Below are positions 7,573 to 14,930 of a DNA stretch of 32,000 nucleotides, in pieces. The translations under genes were made by a program, and so were the position numbers. Position 1 is the stretch's first letter. Every line of letters starts with the position of its first letter. Origin of the DNA: Moraxella nasovis (lineage in GTDB: Bacteria > Pseudomonadota > Gammaproteobacteria > Pseudomonadales > Moraxellaceae); the NCBI RefSeq assembly GCF_022701215.1, contig NZ_CP089976.1, positions 330,001 to 362,000 of the forward strand, in the 5' to 3' direction. Under the pieces are notes generated by a model. It saw only the letters and a list, made by a program, of their open reading frames with translations. It was not told the origin of the DNA and made no database searches.

Positions 7573-7871
7573 GTAACCTTACCCAATTTATTCGCCCCAT
7601 AAGACACAAAAAGCAATTTAATAAATCACGCCTGCCTACGCCAAGCAATCTTTATGGGCGTTTTGGCATTGTGATTAAACACACCAATTGGAATATGGCA
7701 CGTTGCCCCTTTCATGATGACAAGCACGCCAGCATGAGCGTAAACGGCACGCATGGCGGTTTTATTTGCCACGCCTGCCACGAAAAAGGGAGCATGATTG
7801 CGTTTTATATGCGTATGACTGCCAAAGACTACAAAACAGCCATGATTGATTTGGGGGCGTATGATGAATGA
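7569..7871 (+). CDS. CHC2 zinc-finger protein (DnaG/primase-type zinc-binding domain only)
   Basis: CPFHDDKHASMSVNGTHGGFICHACHEKG matches the primase zinc-ribbon pattern CxH..CxxC. The likely start at 7569 overlaps the upstream stop. Confidence 0.75.
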   Translation: MSNLTQFIRPIRHKKQFNKSRLPTPSNLYGRFGIVIKHTNWNMARCPFHDDKHASMSVNGTHGGFICHACHEKGSMIAFYMRMTAKDYKTAMIDLGAYDE

Positions 7872-9783
7872 TTTACTACAACAAGCCCTACAAGGGGCGT
7901 TAAGCCGTGATAAAGGGCTTTTAGGCATGGGGGCAAGCCTTGACGATTTAACCGCCACTTACCCTTATTATCAAGATGGGCAAGAATTGTTTGTCAAAGT
8001 ACGTTTTGACAAAGACGGCAAAAAGTGGATAAAGCCCTTTCACTTTAACGGCAAATACTACAAAATGGGCGAACCAAAAGCAATAGATAAAAAGCCCCTT
8101 TACCAACCAAAACCATTAGGCGATGTGGTGTATATCGTGGAAGGCGAAAAATGCGTTCACGCCCTAATTAATATTGGATTGACCGCCACAACAACAGGGG
8201 GAGCAACAAGCGTGGATAAATGCGATTTAACACCCCTACAAGGGCGTAAATGCGTGCTATGGCGTGATAACGATGACAGCGGTATAAAATGGCAAGGCGA
8301 ACTTGCCAACGCCCTAGATGGGCTTAATATCGCTTATAGCGTGATTGATATTGCAGGCGTGAAAATGCCAAATGGCGATGATTTACCACCCAAAGGGGAT
8401 TGTTACGACTTTATCAAGGCATTTGGCAAAGATGATGATGTAATATGGGAAGTGCAACACTTGCCCTTACTGGATTTGTCATTACTAAATACAGACAATG
8501 CAAATGACCTATTAGCCCTTGATGAGCAGGTAATACAATTGCAAAGCCACATTGCAGAGCTTGCAAACCTTGATGAAATGCGATTGCATTTGCTACTACC
8601 ACAGGTTGCCAAAAGGTACAGTATCAGCAAAGATAGGTTATTACAATGGGTGTATGAGTACAAGCAAGGCGATTTGGTAACAGACCCCACGCCATTTGAT
8701 ACAGCGGTAAGCCATGATGAGATTTATACCGCCCTTTATGAGTTGGTAAACCGCCACATTGTCATAGATGAGCCGTTAAAAGTTGCGTTTGTGTTATGGG
8801 TGATGTTTAGTTACCTTGTGGATATTAGCGACATTGCCCCTATTGCGTGGATTACCGCCCCTGAAAAATCATGCGGTAAATCTACCCTACTAGGGCTATT
8901 TGAACGTGTGGTAAACCGCCCATTTGTCACCCAAAACCCCACAATGGCGGTGATTTATCGTGTGATGGAACGCTACAAGCCTACATTACTGGTTGATGAG
9001 ATAGATACCAATTTAAAGCACAATGACAAGCTATTAGGCATTGTTAATAGCGGTTATTCACGCCATAACTCAAAGACTGCTAGAACGAACATGGATAAAG
9101 GGGGTGGATTTGATGTGTTTGATAGTTTTGGGGCAAAGGTATTTTGTGGTATTGGCGAGATGAAAGGCACATTTGCAAGCCGTGCTATCAGATTTGAGCT
9201 AAGACGAAAAGGCAAAGATGACAAAGTACACCGCCTAAACAAAGCCACCTTGCCCCACAGTCAAACCGACATTATTCGCCAAAAGTGCAAGCGATGGGCG
9301 ATGGATAACCGCCAAGCGGTTGCAGGCGTGCAAATTGAGCTGTTGCCCATTGATGATAGAAGTTTTGATAATTGGTACATACTGTTACAGATTGCCACCG
9401 TACTAGGCAAATATGACACCGCAAAACACGCTTGCCTTGCCATGTGCCAAATCAAGGGCGAACCGTCTATCAATGAGCAGTTATTGGCAGATATTAGGGA
9501 GATTTGGAATGGCGAACGCATGAGCAGTAAATTGTTGCTTGAAAAGTTAAACGCCCTAGATGAAGCCATGTGGCAAACCATCAATAACGGGCAAGAGATG
9601 ACCGCCCACCAATTCGCCAAAAAGCTAAAATCATTTGGTATTAAATCCAAAGATATGCGAATTAAGGATAATCCAACCACCATAAAGGGCTTTTTGAAAT
9701 CTGATTTTCAAAAAGTATGGGATAATTATTTACCACCGCCACAAGCTGATGAAAATCCGTTTTTATTGCCACAAATACAATAG
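7861..9783 (+). CDS. TOPRIM primase / P-loop NTPase (helicase-like) replication protein, P4-alpha-like in organisation
   Basis: TOPRIM signatures YIVEGEKC and WRDNDDSG. Walker A PEKSCGKST, Walker B LLVDEID. ATGs at 7861/7864 follow a GGGGG RBS (track start 7846). Overlaps the zinc-finger ORF by 11 nt in another frame. Confidence 0.8.
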   Translation: MMNDLLQQALQGALSRDKGLLGMGASLDDLTATYPYYQDGQELFVKVRFDKDGKKWIKPFHFNGKYYKMGEPKAIDKKPLYQPKPLGDVVYIVEGEKCVHALINIGLTATTTGGATSVDKCDLTPLQGRKCVLWRDNDDSGIKWQGELANALDGLNIAYSVIDIAGVKMPNGDDLPPKGDCYDFIKAFGKDDDVIWEVQHLPLLDLSLLNTDNANDLLALDEQVIQLQSHIAELANLDEMRLHLLLPQVAKRYSISKDRLLQWVYEYKQGDLVTDPTPFDTAVSHDEIYTALYELVNRHIVIDEPLKVAFVLWVMFSYLVDISDIAPIAWITAPEKSCGKSTLLGLFERVVNRPFVTQNPTMAVIYRVMERYKPTLLVDEIDTNLKHNDKLLGIVNSGYSRHNSKTARTNMDKGGGFDVFDSFGAKVFCGIGEMKGTFASRAIRFELRRKGKDDKVHRLNKATLPHSQTDIIRQKCKRWAMDNRQAVAGVQIELLPIDDRSFDNWYILLQIATVLGKYDTAKHACLAMCQIKGEPSINEQLLADIREIWNGERMSSKLLLEKLNALDEAMWQTINNGQEMTAHQFAKKLKSFGIKSKDMRIKDNPTTIKGFLKSDFQKVWDNYLPPPQADENPFLLPQIQ

Positions 9784-9805
9784 GGGGTATTTTAGGGTAA
9801 AAAAT

Positions 9806-10023
9806 CCGCAACACCGCAACAAGTCAATAAATACAAGGCTTGTAGCGGTTTTTTATCCGCAACATAACCGCAACACGAACCGCAACACCACCAAGAAAAA
9901 CCGCAACACACCCCAAAAATAGGCTAGGTAAAATTTAAGGTGTTGCCCTTTTTGTAGCGGATATGTTGCCCTTTTTGTTGCGGTTTAAAGCCTTATAAAT
10001 AAAGGATTGTTGCGATGTTGCGG
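9806..10023. repeat. Iteron field: 6 direct CCGCAACA copies followed by about 5 inverted TGTTGC(G/C) copies; putative origin of replication
   Basis: CCGCAACA at 9806, 9814, 9857, 9868, 9880 and 9901. TGTTGCCC/TGTTGCGG at 9941, 9964, 9977, 10008 and 10016. Lies immediately 3-prime of the primase-helicase gene. Bracketed by GGGGGTAT (9784) and ATACCCCC (10037). Confidence 0.65.
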
Positions 10024-10453
10024 TTTTTTTGGGGGAATACCCCCCTATTAGTTATGATATTATTTTTGCATTTTTTTGCTTATGGGAAAGCTGGCAAAAT
10101 TAGCCTTGCATGGGGTCGTTTCTCAAACGCCCTTTTTATCATGTAAAAATACGCACAAACCGCCCTATTTTGCATTTTGGCGATAAAGATGAGATAATTT
10201 ACCCATAAGCCAAAACACCGCTTGCATGGGGTTTGTTTTTCAACGGCAAGATTACGGCAAGTTTTTTATTTGGGTATTACACTAAGATTATACTAAGTTT
10301 TTTGTTAAACCACCCTAAGATTACCCCTAAGGTTTTTGGAACCACGAGATTACAACAAGATTTTTAAAACCCTAACATTACCCCAACTTTTATGTTTTTG
10401 ATGTAAAAATGAGCCTATTTTTAAATTAGTGAACAAGTGTGGACTTAACAACT

Positions 10454-10472
10454 TAGTACCTATTTTAGTACC
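10454..10472 (+). promoter_or_regulatory. Second copy of TAGTACCTATTTTAGTACC (candidate P-arm integrase site)
   Basis: Exact match to 165-183; lies 62 nt inside attR. Confidence 0.45.
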
Positions 10473-10533
10473 TAAAATCAATTTTCAAAAACAAGAACCT
10501 AATAAAATCAATGAGTTATATCTTTATTTATGT

Positions 10534-10551
10534 TCCGACCACTGGTACCAT
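10534..10551 (+). repeat. attR core (TCCGACCACTGGTACCAT)
   Basis: Exact repeat of 25-42. Followed by AACCCTT..AAGGGTT plus a T-run hairpin that would be the native tRNA terminator. Confidence 0.8.
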
Positions 10552-10672
10552 CTAAACGATTCATAATCGTTCGTTGATGTTCTAAAACCCTTGAAGTTAT
10601 TAGCTTTAAGGGTTTTTTATTTGTTCTTATCGTTCACTTAAATTCGTTAAAGTCCATTGAAATCTACAGATA

Positions 10673-10743
10673 ATAACAGTCCAATTAACAGTACACAAAA
10701 ACACTGTTAATTAAAAAACGTCTATACTGTTATATCACGCCAA
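10673..10743. promoter_or_regulatory. Nested palindromes ATAACAGT..AATTAACAGT-N10-ACTGTTAATT..ACTGTTAT; candidate operator
   Basis: Perfect 10-bp inverted repeat at 10683-10692 / 10703-10712, flanked by an 8-bp inverted pair at 10673-10680 / 10736-10743, in the AT-rich region upstream of the BCCP/pxp operon. Confidence 0.4.
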
Positions 10744-11036
10744 ACCAAGCCATTGCCCACTTCTTAAATAGATTGAATTAAAGTCAAAATAAAGCTTAAC
10801 GCCTATATAATAGCAATGACTGTTGCTAAATATTATCCCTAAAGGCTGTAAATTTGTTGGTATTTATAATACAAACACTCTCTAACCAAAACGTTCAAAT
10901 TGGGTGACCATATACTTACAATAAAAGTTGTTTTATGATGGCATTATTTGTCTATACAAGTAATTTTATTTCATATATAATAAATTTACAAATAACAGCA
11001 TGATAAAACAACGCCCAAATCACAAGGAGTACAAAA

Positions 11037-11558
11037 ATGAATATTGACTTTGACGCACTTGCCCGCCTAATTGAACTTACCCAAACTGCCAAAATCCACG
11101 CCCTAGAAATACAAGACGGCAATCAAATCATCAAAATTCAAAAATACGCAGACACAAGCCCTATGCCACAAAATGGCTTGCCCCAAAATTACTTATCCCA
11201 AAATTACTTATCCCAAAACCACTTGCCACAAACTCACCTAACAAAAAATCAAGCACCCCAAAATCACACACCACCTACCCCAACGCAAATTAGCCACGAA
11301 CCACAAAACCCCCAAGTCGGACACAGCATTTTATCGCCGATGCTTGGTACATTTTATCGTAAGGCAAGCCCAGATACGCCCAATTTTGTAGAGATTGGCG
11401 ACTTTGTCAAATCAGGCGATACATTGTGCATCATAGAGGCAATGAAAATCATGCACGAGGTGAAAGCAGATAAAGCTGGCGTGATTGACAAGATTTTGGC
11501 AAATGATGGCGACATGGTGGAATATGACGCACCACTATTTGTGATTGGGTCGCTTTGA
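11037..11558 (+). CDS. Biotin carboxyl carrier protein (AccB-like) with a Gln/Asn/Pro pentapeptide-repeat linker
   Basis: Canonical biotinylation site CIIEAMKIMHEV and an AccB-like N-terminus. AAGGAG RBS. The linker is LPQNY-LSQNY-LSQNH-LPQTH-LTKNQ-APQNH. Confidence 0.85.
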   Translation: MNIDFDALARLIELTQTAKIHALEIQDGNQIIKIQKYADTSPMPQNGLPQNYLSQNYLSQNHLPQTHLTKNQAPQNHTPPTPTQISHEPQNPQVGHSILSPMLGTFYRKASPDTPNFVEIGDFVKSGDTLCIIEAMKIMHEVKADKAGVIDKILANDGDMVEYDAPLFVIGSL

Positions 11559-11634
11559 ATGGTTTGAATGGGCAACTTAAAGCACTTAATTGATAAAAAT
11601 GCTCAAATAAAATCTTAATAAGGACAATGGATAA

Positions 11635-13056
11635 ATGAAACAATTAAACAAAATTCTTATCGCCAATCGTGGAGAGATTGCCCTTAGAATCATTCGTGCC
11701 TGCAAAGAGATGGGCATAAAATCGGTATTAGTGCATTCTACTGCCGACAAAGACAGCCTGCCTTGCCGTCTTGCTGATGAGACAGTCTGTATCGGTAGCC
11801 ACTTGCCAAAAGACAGCTATCTGAATCAGCGTGCCATCGTGGCTGCTGCCGAGCTGACAGGTGCAGATGCCATTCACCCCGGCTATGGATTTTTATCAGA
11901 AAATGCTGATTTTGCCGAATTTGTAGAAGAGCAAGGCTACATCTTTATCGGACCTACCGCCAGCAATATCCGCATGATGGGCGATAAAATTGCTGCCAAA
12001 GCCACCATGATGGCATCAGGCGTGCCATGTGTACCGGGATCTGATGGGGCATTGCCTAATGACGAGAATGCCATCATCGCCATCGCCAAGCAAGTTGGTT
12101 TTCCCATCATCATCAAAGCCGCCGCTGGCGGTGGTGGGCGTGGTATGCGAGTGGCACACACAATAGATGACTTATTGCCTGCGGTCGCCATGACCAAAAA
12201 AGAAGCGATGAGTGCCTTTGGTGATGAAGCGGTCTATATGGAGCGATACCTACAAAACCCACGCCATATTGAGATTCAAATCATCGCTGACAGCCACGGC
12301 AACGCCATACACTTAGGCGAGCGAGACTGCTCCATGCAACGCCGACACCAAAAGGTCATAGAAGAAGCTCCTGCTCCTTTTATCAGCCAAGCACAAAGAG
12401 ATAATATCGGCGTAGTATGTGCAAAAGCGTGCCTTGATATGGGCTATCGTGGCGTAGGTACGTTTGAATTTTTGTATGAAAATGGCGAATTTTTCTTTAT
12501 TGAGATGAACACTCGCATACAAGTAGAGCACCCTGTTACCGAATTGGTTACAGGGGTTAATCTGATTGCCGAGCAAATCCGTATCGCCGAAGGTCTGCCC
12601 TTAGCGTTTAGCCAAGATGCCATCGCCATGAATGGACACGCTGTTGAATGTCGTATCAATGCCGAACACCCTTTTACGCTCATGCCATCAGCAGGAACAA
12701 TCACCCACTGCCATCTGCCAGCAGGACAAGGCGTACGAGTAGATAGCCATATTTATACTGGCTATCAAATCCCTGCTTATTATGATAGCCTGATTGCCAA
12801 AATCATCGTTCACGCCCCAACAAGACAGCTTGCTCTACAAAAGATGAAATCCGCCTTATATGAGCTTGATATTCAAGGCATTTTGACCAATAAGGCATTG
12901 CATCAAGCGATGTTTGATGATGAAGCATTTGGCAAAGGCGGAGTCAGTATTCATTATCTTGGCGAGTGGTTGGCTCATTATAATCAGCATGATACTGGTG
13001 GATTGACTGCCAATCAGACCAATCCACCCAATCACACACAACCAAATCACAAATAG
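11635..13056 (+). CDS. Biotin carboxylase (AccC-like, ATP-grasp) with a ~25-aa Asn/Gln/Pro/Thr-rich C-terminal extension
   Basis: [13 protein letters not shown].., glycine-rich loop [25 protein letters not shown]. 473 aa versus about 450 for typical AccC. Confidence 0.9.
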   Translation: MKQLNKILIANRGEIALRIIRACKEMGIKSVLVHSTADKDSLPCRLADETVCIGSHLPKDSYLNQRAIVAAAELTGADAIHPGYGFLSENADFAEFVEEQGYIFIGPTASNIRMMGDKIAAKATMMASGVPCVPGSDGALPNDENAIIAIAKQVGFPIIIKAAAGGGGRGMRVAHTIDDLLPAVAMTKKEAMSAFGDEAVYMERYLQNPRHIEIQIIADSHGNAIHLGERDCSMQRRHQKVIEEAPAPFISQAQRDNIGVVCAKACLDMGYRGVGTFEFLYENGEFFFIEMNTRIQVEHPVTELVTGVNLIAEQIRIAEGLPLAFSQDAIAMNGHAVECRINAEHPFTLMPSAGTITHCHLPAGQGVRVDSHIYTGYQIPAYYDSLIAKIIVHAPTRQLALQKMKSALYELDIQGILTNKALHQAMFDDEAFGKGGVSIHYLGEWLAHYNQHDTGGLTANQTNPPNHTQPNHK

Positions 13057-13068
13057 CTAGGTCATCAC

Positions 13069-13770
13069 ATGGACATTCACACCCACTGGCAAGTATCATC
13101 AGAACGGACGCTTTCGCTATTCTTAGGCGACAAAATTAGCCTTCATCAACAAAAAATCTGCTGGGCTTTGTCATCTTATCTTGCCACGCCTGCCTGCCCT
13201 TTTGCTTTGGCAGATATTGTGGTGGGCATGAATACGTTAACGCTGTATTTAAAGACTGATGACGCAAGCATTCATACATTGATGGCAGATTTTGCGACAA
13301 AAAAAGCCCAATTAGACAAGATTACCCATGACTTTATTGTCAATTTTGATGATACCGACATCATCACAGGCAAACACATCAAAATCCCTGTTGTCTATGG
13401 TGGCGAGCATGGCGTGGATTTGGCAGACAGTGCCAAAAGACTTGGCATGAGTGTAGATGAGCTTGTGGCGTGCCACACCAGTCCTATTTATACGGTTTAT
13501 TTTATTGGCTTTATTGCAGGATTTCCCTATCTTGGCGGACTGCCCAAAGAGCTGTATTTGCCACGCCACGCCAAACCTAGAACCCATGTACCAGCAGGCT
13601 CGGTGGGCATTGGTGGGGCTCAGACGGGCATTTATCCGTTTAGCTCGCCTGGTGGTTGGCAACTTTTGGGGCGGACGGATATGGCGTTATTTGATAAAAC
13701 TCAAAATCCGCCCACACTACTAAACGCAGGCGACACCTTGCAATTTGTGGCGGTAGATATTTTAAAATAG
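13069..13770 (+). CDS. pxpB: PxpB / KipI family (5-oxoprolinase subunit B; carboxyltransferase C-D subdomain homolog)
   Basis: FIGFIAGFPYLGGLPKELYLPRHAKPRTHVPAGSVGIGGAQTGIYPFSSPGGWQLLGRT is the family hallmark. Starts 12 nt after the biotin carboxylase stop. Confidence 0.85.
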   Translation: MDIHTHWQVSSERTLSLFLGDKISLHQQKICWALSSYLATPACPFALADIVVGMNTLTLYLKTDDASIHTLMADFATKKAQLDKITHDFIVNFDDTDIITGKHIKIPVVYGGEHGVDLADSAKRLGMSVDELVACHTSPIYTVYFIGFIAGFPYLGGLPKELYLPRHAKPRTHVPAGSVGIGGAQTGIYPFSSPGGWQLLGRTDMALFDKTQNPPTLLNAGDTLQFVAVDILK

Positions 13771-13878
13771 TGTGTTGAACTTTTGTATTTATGATAAATC
13801 ATGAGCCATGAGCCAAATTGTGGATTTTAGGAAAAACCACAAGCGAATTTGTTACTGTTTTTGATGGGGATTTTAAAT

Positions 13879-13934
13879 ATTGTGGTTAAAATCATTGTGG
13901 TTAAAAGTGTGATTAAAAGTATTGTGGTTAAAGT
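13879..13934 (+). repeat. Four tandem ~12-15-bp units ATTGTGGTTAAAA(TC/GT) in the pxpB-pxpC gap
   Basis: Units at 13879-13893, 13894-13908, 13909-13920 (degenerate) and 13921-13934. A related TTGTGGATTTT..AAAAACCACAA inverted repeat lies at 13816-13842. Confidence 0.8.
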
Positions 13935-13949
13935 GGCATAAGGAATAAT

Positions 13950-14885
13950 ATGTTAAAAATCAATGAAATAACCGCCATTGCCAGTATTCAAGATTTGGGG
14001 CGTGTGGGCTTTTTAGGCTTGGGTATTGGCAGATGTGGGGCAATGGATAGCTTGTCGTTGCGACTTGGCAACGCCCTACTTGGCAATGATGATGGTGCCT
14101 GTGCTATTGAAATCACGCAGGGTAAGTTTGTGGCGACATTTGGCTGTGATGTGAGTTTTTGCTTGGTGGGGGCAACCGTCCAAGCCACACTTGACGACCA
14201 AAAAATTCATACAGGCTATCGCTACTTTGCCAAACATGGACAAACCCTAAATATCAAAGGCATGACAGCAGGTATGTACAGTTATTTGTGCGTACAAGGC
14301 GGATTTGATGTTGATGATGAATTGGGCTCAAAAAGCACCGATATAAAAATTCAACTCGGTGGGCTTGGGCGAATACTGATGGCAGGCGATGATTTACCTT
14401 ATCATCAGGGCTTTGAATTAAGCTTGATGGGCGTGCCAGACCCCCATCATCTTGATCAATACCGCCATCAAGCCACCTTAATTCATGCCACAAAAAGTAG
14501 CGAATATGCACACATCGTCCAAGACCAAGATAATTTTAGCACCCAATCCTACACGCTCTCACCCAACTCCAATCGCATGGGCTATCGCTTAGATGGCATG
14601 CCACTTGTTTTTGATAAAATAGAGATGAACTCGCATGGCGTGGCGTGTGGCATGATACAAATCCCACCAGATGGCAAGCCGATTGTACTGATGGCAGATG
14701 CTCAAACCACAGGCGGTTATCCTAAGATAGGGGCGGTGATTGACGCAGATTTGGGACGACTTGCCCAAGTGCGATTTGGCGGACAAGTACAGTTTGAGTG
14801 GGTAGATCCAGCATTTGCTTGGGCAAAAATACGCCATCAAAACGCCCACATCAAACAAGTTGGCGACATCGCAAAACGCTTTTAA
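13950..14885 (+). CDS. pxpC: PxpC / KipA family (biotin-dependent carboxyltransferase family, A-B subdomain homolog)
   Basis: SIQDLGRVGFLGLGIGRCGAMDSLSLRLGNALLGN and ADAQTTGGYPKIG are typical of the family. 311 aa. Confidence 0.85.
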   Translation: MLKINEITAIASIQDLGRVGFLGLGIGRCGAMDSLSLRLGNALLGNDDGACAIEITQGKFVATFGCDVSFCLVGATVQATLDDQKIHTGYRYFAKHGQTLNIKGMTAGMYSYLCVQGGFDVDDELGSKSTDIKIQLGGLGRILMAGDDLPYHQGFELSLMGVPDPHHLDQYRHQATLIHATKSSEYAHIVQDQDNFSTQSYTLSPNSNRMGYRLDGMPLVFDKIEMNSHGVACGMIQIPPDGKPIVLMADAQTTGGYPKIGAVIDADLGRLAQVRFGGQVQFEWVDPAFAWAKIRHQNAHIKQVGDIAKRF

Positions 14886-14918
14886 CATTCAATTTAGTCT
14901 TTTAACATTCAATTTAAT
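14879..14918 (+). repeat. 20-bp tandem duplication CTTTTAACATTCAATTTA(GT/AT) spanning the pxpC stop codon
   Basis: The first 18 nt of each unit are identical (14879-14896 equals 14899-14916); the two units differ only at their 19th base. Confidence 0.85.
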
Positions 14919-14930
14919 ACAAGGTATGTG

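Larger units (their letters stand above)
25..10551 (+). mobile_element. tRNA-integrated genomic island, P4-like/satellite-like (integrase, AlpA, primase-helicase, iteron origin, TA/defence cargo)
   Basis: 18-bp direct repeats at both ends, integrase next to the tRNA, all genes co-oriented, replication module with iterons. The coding strand is visibly A/C-rich compared with flanking core genes. Confidence 0.8.

Noticed and set aside
9806-10023. Possible CRISPR array, given the many short repeats
   Set aside because: The repeat unit is only 8 bp, spacing is irregular (0-40 bp), and copies occur in both orientations with no spacer-like unique segments. The region fits iterons, not CRISPR.
10730-10750. 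LexA/SOS-box-like TACTGTTATATCAC
   Set aside because: Only the TACTGT half-site is present. The second half reads CACG rather than ACAGTA, so it is better explained as part of the nested ACTGTTAT palindrome.
11037-13056. Interpreting the BCCP/biotin carboxylase pair as the housekeeping accBC of fatty-acid synthesis
   Set aside because: This is not excluded. It is disfavoured by the 12-nt spacing to pxpB, the atypical Q/N-rich linker and C-terminal tail, and the second carrier gene at the operon end. A whole-genome check for another accBC pair is needed.
13936-13949. 14-nt string GCATAAGGAATAAT directly upstream of the pxpC ATG, identical to 21427-21440 upstream of the yajQ ATG
   Set aside because: It is short, AT-rich and centred on an AAGGA Shine-Dalgarno sequence. 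It is most likely a coincidental similar RBS context, with no flanking similarity.
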